This document shows, piece after piece, positions 49,600 to 63,049 of a stretch of 64,000 nucleotides of DNA; position 1 is the stretch's first letter; every line of letters begins with the position of its first letter. Source of the DNA: Torpedo marmorata (taxonomy: Eukaryota); the NCBI GenBank assembly GCA_977017645.1, contig OZ360246.1, forward strand, positions 23,932,001 to 23,996,000, read 5' to 3'. The position numbers and the translations under genes were made by a program. A model generated the notes under the pieces. That model saw nothing but the letters and a program-made list of their open reading frames with translations. It ran no database searches and was not told the DNA's origin.

Positions 49600-51302
49600 T
49601 GCCCAGCGAATTCAGAGTCACTTTCAGGACAGCAAGGACACGCGACGCATGTGGAAGGGCATTCAAGATATCACTAACCACAAGACTACACCATCTGACT
49701 GTGCTGGTGATGCCTCCCTCCCAGATGTACTGAACAACTTCTACGCGCAATTTGAGGCGAAAAATGATGTAGTGGCAAAAAAGACAACCCCTCCTCCAAA
49801 TGATCAGGTGCTGTGTTTCACAGTGGCTGATGTGAGGAGAATGTTAAGCAAGGTTAACCCACGGAAAGCTGCTGGGCCAGATAACATTCCCGGCAGAGTG
49901 ATCAGGGAATGTGCGGCCCAGCTGGCTGATGTTCTCACCGACATCTTTAACATCTCCCTGAGTAGTGCCGTGGTTCCAACGTGCTTCAAAGCCGCTACCA
50001 TCATCCCCGTGCCGAAGAAGTCGACGGTGTCTTGCCTCAATGACTACCACCCTGTCGCACTCACATCTACCGTCATGAGTGCTTCGAGAGGCTCCCTCAC
50101 TGGACCCCCTGCAGTTTGCATATAGATCAAACTGCTCCACAGATGATGCCATCATTACCACCCTCCACCTAGCCCTCACCCACCTGGAAAATAAGGACGT
50201 GTATGTTCGAATGCTGTTTATTGACTTCAGCTCGGCATTCAACACGATCTTACCTCAGTACCTGATAGGGAAGTTGAGGGGGCTGGGCCTAAACTACACT
50301 CTCTGTAATTGGATCCTAGACTTCCTGACGGGAAGACCTCAGGCAGTCCGGATTGGAAACAGCACTTCTAAGGTCATTACATTGAGCACGGGGGCTCCCC
50401 AAGGCTGTGTGCTTAGTCCATTGCTGTTCACCCTGCCGACTCGTGACTGTGCAGCAAAACACAGCTCGAATCACATCATAAAGTTCGCTGATGATACAAC
50501 CGTGGTGGGCCTTATCAGTAAGAACGATGAGTCAGCATACAGAGATGAGGTGCAGTCGCTAATGGAATGGTGCGGAACCAACAACCTGCATCTGAATGTA
50601 AACAAAACAAAAGAGTTGATTGTTGACTTCAGAAGGGCCCGGGGGGGATCAATCTCCATTGACCATGGACGGCTCTACCGTTGAGGTCGTAAAGAGTACC
50701 AAGTTTCTTGGAGTGCACTTGGCGGAGAGTCTCAGCTGGTCCCTCAACACCAGTTCCATAGTCAAGAAAGCCCAGCAGCGTCTTTACTTCCTGCGAAGGC
50801 TGAGGAAAGTTCATCTCCCACCCCCTATCCTTACTACATTCTACAGGGGATGTATTGAGAGTATTCTGAGCAATTGCATCACCGCTTGGTTTGGTAACTG
50901 TACCAACTCGGACTGAAAGACCCTGCAGAGGATAGTGAGGTCAGCGGAGAAAATTATTGGAGTCTCTCTCCCCACCATGACAGACATCTACAACACACGA
51001 TGCATGAGGAAGGCTAAAAACATTGTGAAGGACTTCTCACACCCCTTTGGTAAACTGTTTTCCCCTTTGCCATCTGGAAGGAAGTACCGAAGCACTCAGG
51101 CTCGTACGTCCAGACTGTGCAACAGTTTTTTTCCCCCAAGCCATCAGGCTCCTCAATTCTTACATATATGTGTGTATTAGCATGTTATAGTTTTTCTATT
51201 GTATTATGATATTATGTACATCTGCCCATGGTCCTGGAGAAACGCTATCTCGTCTTACTGTGTATATGGTAATGAACGACAAATAAAGGTGACTTGACTT
51301 GA
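49600..51302 (+). mobile_element. Rex1/Babar-type LINE (second family), frameshifted RT
   Basis: [41 protein letters not shown] and [10 protein letters not shown] spread over several frames; tail aataaagg(tgact)n. Confidence 0.9.
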
Positions 51303-51569
51303 GATAAATATGTGAAAAAATCCAATGCTCTTGGGACTGCGTATCTTTCAGAAGAGTCAACATAGAAAGATTGGGTCAAGAGGGCTGCTCCTGTGTTCTA
51401 ATTTAATGTCTTTGCTGAGAAAAGTACTGTAATTTTTATCAACCTCAGAAGAAAACAACACCAGTTATATACTTAGTGAACTAGCCAAATCACAGCATCA
51501 TTAAACGTGCGGAGGCATTTGGAAAGTCACAAATGAAATGGGAGCTCAGTAAACTGACAACAAAAATTA

Positions 51570-52912
51570 CTACCTGTCACTTCTTGGATCCTCACTTCCC
51601 TTCTCTTTAAATAAACCAATTGATAATCCTATTGTCAGGCATGCTGTTAGAGTTTGCGTGTAGTTTAGAAAACATTTTGGACTTTATGGTTTTTCTCTTT
51701 CAAGCCCTATTTTTTTAATCATCTTTTTCAACCTTCTTTACAAGATCCTGTTTTTCATGATTGGTTTAGATTAGGTATTGAACGTTTCAAAGATCTTTTC
51801 ATTGATAATAGTTTTGCGTCATTTGAACAGCTTTCTAAAAAGTTCAACTTACCAAATACTCATTTTTTTCAGATATTTGCAAATTAGACATTTTCTTAAA
51901 TATCAGATACCAGATTTTTCTCAGGTACCTGATGCGAACATTGTTGACGTGATATTTAGGCTACAACATCCTCGCACAGGTTTAATATCATTATTTATGA
52001 TAAGCTGGTGGGTTTGAGACATGCCCCTCTAGTTAAAATCAAAAATGCCTGGGAACAGGATTTAAACCTTACATTGACGGACGAAGTTTGGGATCTAATT
52101 TTTAAACTGGTTAATACTACATCCTTATGTGCCCGTCATTGCCTTTTACAATTTAAAGTTGTACATAGGGCTCATATGTCTAAAGTTAAATTATCTCAAA
52201 TCTATTCAGATGTAAATCCTTACTGTGATAAATGTAAGAGAGAAGAGGCTTCTTTAATTCATATGTTTTGGACATGTCCTCGCCTCGAAAAATACTGGAG
52301 GGAGGTATTTTAAACTCTATCTTTAATTCTAAACGTAAATTTAGAGCCTAATCCTCTGGTTGCTCTTTTTGGTATTACTGGAAAAAACAATATTCTTTTA
52401 ACTCCAATTAAATGTCGTACTTTGTCTTTTGCATATTTCCTGGCTAGACGTGCATTATTGTTTAGATGGAAGGATGCTGCCCCGCCCACTCATGCTCAAT
52501 GGCTGAGGGACATTATGTCCTGTTTAAATTTAGAAAAGATATATTTTAATTGTTAATTGAATAAAGTAAGGTTTCAAATGCTGTGAGGACCATGCTTGAA
52601 TTACTTTCATAACCTATAGACATAATATTATTTTCAAATTTTAATATTTGCCATTTTATTTCATGATCGAAGTTCATATTTTCCTTAGTCATACACCTTG
52701 GGTTAGGGGATAGGTTGTAGAATCATGCTGTACGTGGAAAATATACTTTTTTTGTCTACTTGATGTAATTTTGAATTATGGTTGTGTTATATGTGCTTTA
52801 TAGTTTTGTGAGTTATCTAATTTGTCATTTATCATTAACATTATGCATTCCATAATTGTTTTGTATGTACATGCTTATATGTGAAAAATCAATAAAAATA
52901 TTTTAAAAGAAA
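51570..52912 (+). mobile_element. Degenerate L1 ORF2 3' fragment (different subfamily)
   Basis: LLQFKVVHRAH...CDKC...LIHMFWTCP; AATAAA and an A-rich end. Confidence 0.85.
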
Positions 52913-54259
52913 ATTCTCTTTGAAAAGGTTGATTGCACAAGCACAAAGTCTTTCTGCGAGAGAACATGCAATATCATGTCTTTTTAATTATTCTGCATAA
53001 AGAACTAAAATTTCTTGCAATTGTTATCAACATGGTGCCTATTGGCTGCATTAATGGACTACAGTCCTGAAGACCTAGTTGTTTCTAAACATTTACATGC
53101 AATTGAAACTGCATTGTGACTGCAAGCACCAATTTATATGAAGCCTGATTTGCCAAATAGATGGTAAGAAATGCTGTTTACAAGTTCTTTCAACAAGCAT
53201 GTGGTACACAATAACATTCAATTAAATAAAAAAAGCAATCAATAAGAAAAATGTGGGACTTACTGTGAGCTGTGTGAAGTTGCAACATTCCTTTTGGATC
53301 CTCTGCGCAGCTCTTGCCATTAACAGATAAAGACACCAGGACCAGTATGAGGCATCAGAACGCCACTTCCACAATTTTGGTTCACTTGGTTTTTCAGACA
53401 CAACTATCTCAGCACTAGAGGTCTGTTTCATTATTACCCAAGTGGGTAGGTTGTGGGATATGATCCTGGGAACCCACGAGGTAGGTCTTCAGAAAATGCT
53501 TAGTGACTGCTCTTCCTCAGCCATCCAAACCCTCCCAAATTGTGACTCCAAGAAGTTTAACATATCGATGTGATCCTGTTGTGCGTGATTTTTTTGACAA
53601 ACACAACAATATCAAAACAATTTTTCTGTGCCATTTTACTTCATTATTTCCACAGAACTTCGCAAGTCCAATCCGCCCTCATCCCTACCAGCCCTTCTGG
53701 TAACCCTGCCTGATCAAGATCACAATTATTCCCATCCCTCAATCTATCTTCTTTCCAAATGGACAGAACAAGGGAGACCTTTCACTGCAACACTGTTTAT
53801 AAGCATACAACAACTTGGATCCCTTGTGCCACAGACTTTTATAGCATGGGAAATAAAATTTGCTGGCCTGTCCTATCATATCAGCTTGCCAAGTACTCAA
53901 TAATTTGTACACTGCATCTTCCTGGTGTTTACATTTCTAAGTTCAACAATGAGAAAGTATCAGAGACATTTCATAAGTCTTACTTCTTGTTTAGGTGCCA
54001 ACTAAAGGGCCAAGAGTCCATGAGGCAAACTATCAGAAATGTTGCACCTGAATCTATAAGTTGATGATTGATCACCTGGATGCAATCAGCTTCCAATGGG
54101 AAACACAAGAGAGTTGAGTACAGGGCACAAGAGACCTTGATGTCACATTTCTTCCCACTTCATTAAGCTTCACCTGCATTCAAGATTCAGACAGCTTTAA
54201 GCCCATATCCACACAGAGAGATCATAAAGAAACTGTAAATCAAAGCAATATTTAAAAAA

Positions 54260-54265
54260 TTTATT
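54260..54265 (-). terminator. Candidate INTS11 polyadenylation signal
   Basis: AATAAA on the minus strand about 490 nt after the stop codon. Confidence 0.5.
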
Positions 54266-54750
54266 TTACAAACATATTTTAGTAAAACAACAAACTGAAA
54301 GGAGTCCAAATACAAGATACAGCCCTCAATTCCCAACAGAACACACTGCAGATGAGCCCCGTATTATGTCATTGTGTTTCTAGAAAACCATTCGCATCCT
54401 GATTTTCTACAATGTGAAGGCATATCCTCTGCATATATCAAGGAAAAAAACTGTTTCTTTTTCTCCCACATAAATTCCATGAGAGTGAGTTTTAATTCCA
54501 CATCACAGATTTTTTTTGGTAATGATTTGTGAATTCCACAAGGAAGAATTTTTGTTACCTGAACAGCTGTAATGCAGGGGACGCCTATAAACCACGTTAT
54601 GCATTGGTCAACATCTCCAATTATCGCGTCAGATTAAACACATCTTATTTGATCCTACTGTGCATGATTTTTTTTGACAAAGTAGGCACAACAATATCAA
54701 AACAATAATTTTTCAGTGCCATTTTACTGTTATTTCCACAGTACTGTAGG

Positions 54751-54819
54751 TCAGAGAGCAATAGACTGAGGCAGCCCTTTCTTCAATAGAGTTATCAAGT
54801 AACTGCCCAACTCTTCATC
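54751..54819 (-). CDS. INTS11: INTS11 terminal coding exon
   Basis: tttcag|DEELGSYLITLLKKGLPQSIAL-stop, matching the INTS11 C-terminus. Confidence 0.93.
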   Translation of the reverse strand, partial: DEELGSYLITLLKKGLPQSIAL

Positions 54820-56586
54820 CTGAAATAGAGATTAATAATTACAATTATCAAGTGTGGCAGTTGTTTCCAGTGGGAGAAAAGTCTTCTCATACATGAAATG
54901 AGGTATGTGATTAATCAGGACCTGCGTGATCCTGGACTGGCTGCAAACACCCAATGGGTTTAGAGCGTAATTTTTGACACAGAGGCAGGCCGGATGGAGC
55001 AGCCATTCTTTTCTTGCCCCTTAGTTTTTGAATACTATGTAACAACTCAGTTTAAAAAAAAAAATCCCTGTTGGGCAACAGAATATTTTCAAAGCCCTGA
55101 ATAGCCTCCCTTAAGCTGTACTATTCTATGTTATCAATGTTACTCATACTGCAGTGTTATTATTGTTGAAACGCTATAATATAAAAACTGAGTGGGAGTT
55201 TACATCCAACTCAGTGAAATGATCAAAAGGAAAACTGAGAAAGCTGCATACCTAAATTAAGTAAGGATTAAGCAATGTAATTGAAAAACATCTTTACCCT
55301 GAGCTTTTGAAATTTCTGAACTCCTTCAGAAAAATTACATTGTTGGGGAAGAGGTAATCAAGATAACCCTAAAAGATCTCCTTAAAAAAACTGAATGCAT
55401 AGAAAATTGGGGCAAGTTAAATTACCTTGTGAAGAGAACATGAATGATTTTCAAAGGTCACAAAACCTCATCAACAACACAATGGTGGCATTATTTTCAG
55501 AGAATATTTTGCAAATACAAATAGCTCGTTAAATAAGTATTCAATAATCACCAATTCTGAGGATGTCCCAATTCATTTCAGCTGTGTTCCCAATTTTACC
55601 ACAGCTGTCACACTTTAATCAGTAAATGGAATTCTCACTTAAAATTAATTGCACTGATTTGGAAATACAGGTACTTTCAATCAACTAATTTACCTGGAGA
55701 GGCTGGTTGATCTGTTACAGAGCATGAACTATATTCAATCAGCAGTAATCTATATATTTATTATAAAGAACTGAATGACAATCTCACTACATCTTGCCAC
55801 ATAAAAAGTTCTGAGAAAAATGTTTTCAATGTAAATTTGACTGGACTAGCTTAGAAGATATAATAAGAAACAAAATAGAGGTGGATCATCTGACCTCTAT
55901 GAACCTGTTCTGCCATTAAATGAGATCATGGCAGATCCAGTCTTAGGACATGTCAAACACCACTTTTCTGCTCCCCTCCCTTGAAGTTTAAATGTCTGAC
56001 AATCTTTGCCTTGAATATATTTAATGACTCAACCTCTGTCACATGCCTTTTTAATACCATTTTCATGCTTTCAGTTTCCAGTGGATGTTCGTGTTTTTAG
56101 CACCCAAGTTTGCAATCACCTAATCATGTGGACAGATTTACATTACATTGACTTCTATAATTTTGGTTGTGGTAATGTCTTGCATAATAGGCTCCACCCT
56201 GCTAACATGCCAGTAAATGGCCACTGCACATAGTGCTGCTGCCTCATTGGTCCAGGAAGCAGGGTTTGATCCCTGACTTTGGATGTTGCCTATGTGGAGT
56301 TTGCACAGTCTCCCTGTGGCCATGTGAATTTCCTTCACATGCTCCTATTTCTTCCAACATCCCAAAGACGTCCATCTCCTTTATCTTGGAGGAAGATCAC
56401 TCTTGCAAACTTCAACATGTCCAATCATTTGTATAAAGCAGGGCACTTATAGCTGACAGATATTCTCAGAGCCGTTAGCTTCTTGCACAGGAAGCTGTGG
56501 AATATTCTACACAGAAAATTGAACAGAGTATTTCAAGACTTTCCATTTTACCTTAAATTCATTGGTTTTCCAAAATGTTTCCTCAC

Positions 56587-56716
56587 CTGGTAAGTCCACG
56601 AAACCAACACATCTTTCGTGCTCTGGTCATCGGACATTGCACTGATTTTAATGAGAATGGATTCCACCATTACAGAGCCATCAGGGAGGTGCTGAATAGG
56701 ATAATCTTTCAATATG
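56587..56716 (-). CDS. INTS11: INTS11 exon
   Basis: (N)[43 protein letters not shown]; caaag| and |gtgagg; 130 nt. Confidence 0.93.
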
Positions 56717-56817
56717 CTTTGAATGATAAATAATAACTCATTAAAGGTTGACCAATTGAATTATATTATATTATCATACCTTGTATATTTTAATATTCAT
56801 AAGTAGACACTATTTTA

Positions 56818-56850
56818 ATCGCTTCTCAGCCTTTTGGCTAAGATCAAGTG
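56818..56850 (+). pseudogene. 3'-truncated U2 snRNA retrocopy (nt 1-33)
   Basis: ATCGCTTCTCaGCCTTTTGGCTAAGATCAAGTG equals the U2 5' end with one mismatch. Flanked by direct repeats aagtagacac(t/g)atttta at 56801-56817 and 56851-56867. Confidence 0.9.
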
Positions 56851-57859
56851 AAGTAGACACGATTTTAATGAATTCTCGTCCATTAATACACTTGCTTGTG
56901 AATATACGACACATTTTCCCCTTCATTGAAGATCACAACCAATGCCAAATTTTGGCCAGCTGTCTGGATTTTATGAGCACACTGTTACTTTGCTTTAATT
57001 ATAAACTGTGCAGCATGAGTCTGTGTACCTTCAGTGGCACCAGCATTTATCACAACCAGACTAATGTTTTGCCTCTTAAACCAATTTCTTCTGGTCAAGA
57101 ATGTACAGCAGAAGTCAGAGTCAAATATATAATGCTGAGGACTCCAGTTCTCCATCTTCCCCATAACTCTAATCCCTGTCAGATTATGTGCAAATCATCA
57201 GACAGATAAAGAGATTTTCCTGAATTTTGTTGCACAGAACAAATCAGCATTTAAGCAATGTAGTAGTATAAATATGGTTTGCAGCTGTCTAGCTGTGAAG
57301 TACTGAGTAACAATATTGAAATTATTGCTTTAAGTAGCTGAACTGATGATGGAATATGATATTTTAATACCCTTAACAATAATTTGTTTGTTAAGGGCCA
57401 ATGAAGATTTCCTCTGGTGAAACCAAGAAATAACCCTAACCTTAAATTTAAATATTAGGGTTTTAAAAGTACTGTAAGCATTAAAATAGGAAAACGATTA
57501 ATATTCTTAAGGTATTAGAAGCAGTTTCTCCTCTTCCAGGATCAAAAAAACAACCACATTTTTTTAGCTTGCCTTGCCAATCCTTTACATTGGAAAGTAG
57601 CCAGTACTAGATGCTCAGAAGAGGCAGTCTGTCATAAATCCAATCACGTAGTTGTGTAGATGGTGTAAGAATAGAAATACAAATTGAATGATATCCTTTT
57701 AAATAAAAATCTGATAGGGCAAGTTTTGACCGAGGCTAGGATAGTTCGTATATATGGGATTGAGAGATGTTACTCAGGTTGGAGTAACACAAGAAACTGA
57801 TGTGTGGACAAGTACTGCATGTTCATTATTTTTTTATTATTATAGGAAGCAAATTGTAC

Positions 57860-58368
57860 TTAGAACATTACAGCACGGTACATGCCCTTCGGTTCGTGAT
57901 GTTGTGCCTACCTTACAAACCTACTCAACAAACTGAACTTTCCCACCTCACACCTGTAATCCTCTATTTTTCTTGCACCCATGTGCCTGTCTTAGAGTCT
58001 TTTCAATGTCCCTTTTGTACCAGCCTCCACCACTGCCCCTGGCAATTCATTCCAGGCACCCACTACTCTCTGTGTGAAAAAACCCCAAGTCTCCTCCCCT
58101 CACCTTGTACAAATGTCCTCTGGTGTTTGCCACTCTCGCCCCGGGAAAAAGGTGCTGATTGTCCACCCTATCTATGCCTCTCATAATCGTGTAGACCTCT
58201 ATTAAGTCACCTCTCATCCTTCTTCGCTCCAAAGAGAAAAGCCCCAGCTCTGTTAATCTTGCCTCATAAAACACGTTCTCCAATCCAGGCAACATCCTGG
58301 TAAATCTCCTCTGCACCCTCTCCATAGTTTCCACATCCTTCCTGTAATGTGGCAACCAGAACTGACCA
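57860..58368 (-). mobile_element. CR1 LINE 3' fragment; further fragments near 3060-3530, 8240-8540, 14520-14915, 18130-18425, 24350-24770, 41050-41230 and 47690-48930
   Basis: QFWLPHYRKDVETMERVQRRFTRMLPGL...LFSLERRRMRGDLIEVY. Confidence 0.85.
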
Positions 58369-58817
58369 GAAGTAAACATTTGCTCACTGACAGTAATTAT
58401 AACTGATGTACACAATCTTCAGTTTTTGTTTGATCTATAAAGCAGTTAACAAATGCAGAAGCACATGAAAAAGACATAAGATTCAATTAGTGTTTCTGTT
58501 ACGATCCCTAGGGTTAAATTTAATGATAATGGATATCAGGGATTCAAAGTGAATTCCATCATAGAATGAAAAACTATACCTGTTATACGTTTCACAATGC
58601 AATTGTCAACCGAACAGAAGAGTAATTGACTCCGTATAACATTCTCTTACTTTTGTCAGGTGAATGAATTTAGGAGCATATTATCAGGGGTTTTCTTTCT
58701 TTATCAGCTACTGCTCTAACATTTTCTCCCGTGTGCGCATGTATTTTGCTGTAGTTGCAATAAGCATGAACAAAATAGTTACTTCCACTGTTGACCCAAT
58801 TGTTGCAATGTACTCAC

Positions 58818-58960
58818 TTTTTCAGATGGTTGTATATTCTGTTTAAGGTGTCCTGTTCTGAGTGATGATCTTGCATCTGAACTTTGCAGGTGTAGCGAAG
58901 ATGATGCTCGCTGAGACCCAACTCTTTTACAGCCTGTTCAGGCGAAACGAGACGAAGGCT
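58818..58960 (-). CDS. INTS11: INTS11 exon
   Basis: SLRLVSPEQAVKELGLSEHHLRYTCKVQMQDHHSEQDTLNRIYNHLK; ttctag| and |gtgagt; 143 nt; follows a 93-nt intron. Confidence 0.93.
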
Positions 58961-59053
58961 CTAGAAAAAAAGTAAACAGGAGAAAATTAAATTTTTTCCC
59001 CATTCAATGGATTCTTACATTTATAGTTAAAGTAAAAGAAATACATTACTCAC

Positions 59054-59115
59054 ATTATCCTTCATAATCAGCGTACCATGCATTAGTTTCTGTTTCTTTG
59101 GATCAGGTAGTGGAC
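59054..59115 (-). CDS. INTS11: INTS11 exon
   Basis: (G)PLPDPKKQKLMHGTLIMKDN; ttttag| and |gtgagt; 62 nt. Confidence 0.93.
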
Positions 59116-60129
59116 CTAAAAGTATAGGGAGTAAAATCATATAGCTATCATCACAAACAAACTTTACAAACTAAAATGCTTAGTTACCGGTAGCTATTAA
59201 AATAAAGTATCTGTGCCATCAGCTAGTAGACATGCTGTCCCAGCTATCTGGTGCAAGCTCCAACCCTCTGCTGGTACTCCTGTGCCAATGAATCCTCCTA
59301 CGGTTTGGTGTGGAGAAGCTCCTTGATTTTCTGCCCAGCTTTCCCTAGCGCACAAATGGAAAGTCAGCAGCTTCCATCACATCCAAGAGGAGTTGATCAA
59401 AGAGATTGTTGATCTGAGCAGATGTCAACACATGGTGCAGCCTCTGGCAGTCCCCAGTGAAGGCCTGCACTCAGCATACTAGCCAGGGTGCAGCCAGACC
59501 CACATCTTAGCAATGAGCAGCCACACTGGCTACTCCCACCTTTCCAACCCCAGCCTCTTCACGTCGAATCGTGGGGCAAATCACTCCTGGATCCAACAGC
59601 TCTGTCAATAATACCACTCTCTATAGTGATTCTATATGGCACTAATTCCATTACCACTCTCGATCTTGGGAAAACATCCTAACCTCTAAACAAAGTCTAG
59701 TTTTCTGATCATTACTTCAATGCATAGGAAGTAACTGCCACATGTAACATTCTAATAATAACTACATTTCGAAGTACTTCACTGGATATAAAGTACCTTG
59801 GGATGGCCTAAGTCAATGAAGGCTATTTCTTCCTTTTAATTACTTTTCTCTCACCCTTCTGAAGCAAGAATACTTGCTGTTGAATGGTTCCACGGCTGCT
59901 CACTAATGGAGAACAGTGTCAAAAAGCTGCATCACTGGCAACAGTTTCCTCAATCTGGCTTGCTGCACTGCTGCTTCTCAACTCTGACAAACTTGCATGG
60001 GAGTGCAGCAAGTCTTATGGGCTAATAGTGTGTTCAATCTACGGCGACAAATTCCAAAACATCAGAACATACGAGAGGATGGTCCTTAAACTCAAGGACT
60101 ACAAGACCTATCACATTGACCTCATAGTC

Positions 60130-60615
60130 ATGGTCTCATGCACTACCAGACTGAGACCACCCACAAATTGAAGGAACAACATCTCATCTTGTCTGGGCAC
60201 CCTCCAACGGGATGGCATTAACATCGACTTCTCTGACTTTCGTTAAACCTCCCCCCCCCCCCCCCAAGCTTTGTCCTCCTGTCGCCTTTCCCCCAGCTCT
60301 GTCTCTCTCTCTTCCCTTTTCCCTCTGTCTCCTTTCAGAGCCAAAATAAATTCTCACCTTTCCTCTTAGCATATCCAATTAATACCTTTTGGCTGTTTGG
60401 TCTGGACTCCTCCCCCTCCCATTCTTCCCACCTTAATTTCTAGTCTTTAATTAAGATGCTTGCCTGATTTTTGCTTATACCTTGAAAAGGGGTCAGGCCC
60501 AAAACGTTGGTAATATATCTTTATTTCCTATGGACGCTGCGAGACGGCTGAGTTCCTCCAGCATTTCTGTGTGTTTTTACTACAATCTCAGCGTCTGCAG
60601 ATGTTCGTGTTTCAC
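60130..60615 (+). mobile_element. Penelope-like element 3' end (GIY-YIG C-terminal remnant plus terminal repeat)
   Basis: Frameshifted KL-EEQHLI...LGTLQ.DGINIDFS remnant followed by the same terminal repeat with a degenerate hammerhead motif at about 60478-60512. Confidence 0.65.
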
Positions 60616-60619
60616 TATC

Positions 60620-61400
60620 ACATTGACCGACCAGCCCCCACTGAACTACAATGCTCTCCAGCAATAAAGATTTGCAACAAGACTCTGGAAAATGTGAATC
60701 ACTTTCTCTATCTCGAGATCCACTTCTTGGCAAAGGCAGAGATTGATGACAAAACTCACCACCGCCTTCAATGTGCCCAGCTCAGCTGTTATTCGATTGA
60801 GCAAATTAGCATTAGGACCTCAGGCTTGGACAAAGCTTGGTTCATTTACTTACAGCAATGTACTCTTCTCTTTTATATGTTTCTGAGACCTGAACCACCT
60901 ACAGGCATCTCAAGGTAGTGGAAAAATAACACCAGCACTGTAAAATCCGCCAAATGTACCAGAAGGAGAAACCAACCAACATCAGCATCTTTTCCTAGGT
61001 CAACATTCCCAGTACCGAGGCCCCTCTTACTCTCAGTCAGCTACATTGGACTGGCACTGTCACTCACATGCCAGACACCAGTCCCCTGAAGTAGACACTC
61101 TGTTCCAAGTGCTGCAGTATTAAGAGGTTACTAGGTAGATAGAGTATGCCTGGCAACCAGCGTACTCTCTTGTACCAGGCGTACCTGGTAACCTGGTACT
61201 AGGATGTGGTCAAAACTTCCCTGAAGAAGTGCAACATTTCCACCAACCCTTGGGAACGTCTGAACTTTGAATATTAAAAATAGAGAAGAAATATTTGTAT
61301 GGTACTTGAGAACCTTCAGATCATGCATTGGGAGCACACAGAGGCACAACAATCCTCCCATCTGTCTTGTCACCCACCTCCATCCCCATTTCTGCAAAAG
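60620..61400 (+). mobile_element. Old RTE-clade LINE remnant
   Basis: IKICNKTLENVNHFLYL...KAEIDD..HHRLQCA resembles the RTE post-RT region; many lesions. Confidence 0.6.
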
Positions 61401-61429
61401 TCTGAGGTACCCACAATGGACTCTAATTG

Positions 61430-61690
61430 GGGTGGACGGTTAGCGTAGAAGTTAGCGCAACGCTGTTACAGCGCCAGCGATTGGGACTGGGGTTTGAATT
61501 TCGCGCTTTCTGTAAGGGGTTTGTACATTCTCCCCGTGTCTGTGTGGGTTTCCTCCGGGTGCTCCGGATTCTTCCCACCATTCAAAATGTACCAGGGGTT
61601 CTAGGTCAATTGGGTGTAATTGGGCAGCATGGGCTCGTGAGCCGAAAGGGCCTGTTACCATGCTGTATGTATGTCTAAATTTAAATTTAA
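61430..61690 (+). mobile_element. V-SINE
   Basis: Same family, with (taaatt)n tail. Confidence 0.85.
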
Positions 61691-62078
61691 ACCTCCAAAC
61701 ACACAAACCTGGAGTGGAAGAAAATTATTCTCAATCACAAAAAAGAGGAGGATATAGTATTCAAAAGGAAGTCTTTCATAAATGTGTGCCAATAATAAGC
61801 TTTGACAGGTTATTTGACCACATGGTGCATCAGAGTTACACCTCAGGTTACACATATATTTTCTGATGATCAATCCAACATTATGATGAACAAAATGCCT
61901 CTACTTCCTTCTCCTGACAAAGTTCTGGTAATTCACCATAGGCCAATGATCAAACCAGGGCATCTTGGCCAGGCAATCCGCTCCGCAATTCAGACATGGA
62001 TCAAACGTACACTTACTTATAAACGGAACTATAGGTTACTGTATTTTTTAGATTCTAAAGAAAGAGTAATTTTATTAC

Positions 62079-62186
62079 CAAGAGCTGAATCCCTTTTGAG
62101 CAAACAGAGAGAAATATCCACAGGAATATTGGGATTGGTAACAATCGTAGCCGTCTCTCCATTAGCTGGCATGTAGCAATTAATAC
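62079..62186 (-). CDS. INTS11: INTS11 exon
   Basis: (S)[35 protein letters not shown]; ctag| and |gtaata; 108 nt; phases consistent. Confidence 0.95.
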
Positions 62187-62312
62187 CTAGACACAAAATA
62201 GACATCGGTAGCATATTAGAAATCTGCCCATAACCAAACAAAAATGTCATTTAAAATACTAAATGCAAAAATCGAATTATTTTAGCATAAGAGCAGGACA
62301 GTTCACCTAGAG

Positions 62313-62446
62313 CAGTGGTTCTCAACCTTTTTTTTTCCACTCACATACCACCTGAAGTAATCCCTTACTGACCACAGAGCACCTATGGCATCCTATGGGA
62401 TTATTTCAGGTGGTATGCGACTGGAAAAAAAGGTTGAGAACCACTG
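62313..62446. mobile_element. hAT/Charlie-type palindromic MITE
   Basis: Same TIR; perfect 8-bp TSD acctagag. Confidence 0.9.
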
Positions 62447-62867
62447 ACCTAGAGCAAAGCCACAACCAGCTGGAGGAACTCAGTGGGTGAGAAGCATCTG
62501 TGGAGGCAGATGCTTTGGAAGCCCAAGCAGTACAGAAGGCAGAGGACAGGCAGGTTGGTGTGGTAATGGGAAGGGGAATTGAAATGGCTTGCAACCATAA
62601 GGTCAATTCCAACCCACCAGTCTGATGAAGAGTTCTGGACCTCAATCGTTACCTGTTTTTCTTTCCACAGATCATGCCTGCCATGCTGAGGTTTTGCAGA
62701 ATTTTCTATTTTTAGTTGTGAGAAGGATGATGGGCAGTCTTATTTACCTATTTAGACCCATGTTGAACTGTAACTATCAGGGAAAATTTTTATGAAAAAT
62801 TGATGGGAAAGTCACTCCATGTAATAAATTGTAAATGTAGCCAGATGCAAAGAATGTTTTGGCCTGT

Positions 62868-62990
62868 CCTTTTGCTCATACCTTGATGAAGGGATCAAGC
62901 CAGAAACGTTGGTTATGTATCTTTATCTTTGTTATATAAAGTACACTGTTTCACCTGCTGAGTTTCTCCAGCTTTGTGTTTCTACTTTAT
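62868..62990 (+). mobile_element. Penelope-like terminal repeat; related copies near 330-445, 2090-2305, 5635-5740, 12810-12915, 15015-15157, 24150-24265, 33530-33727, 38295-38935, 45590-45770 and 62455-62715
   Basis: Shared motif tgatgaaggg...ccgaaacgt...tgacctgctgagtt.ctccagca. Confidence 0.7.
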
Positions 62991-63049
62991 ATTTTTATAT
63001 CATCTTTACAATTTGATTCACAGGAAAACAATTTAAATTTTTTTATTTA

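Noticed and set aside
56818-56850. Functional U2 snRNA gene
   Set aside because: Only 33 nt, no Sm site, bounded by a TSD.
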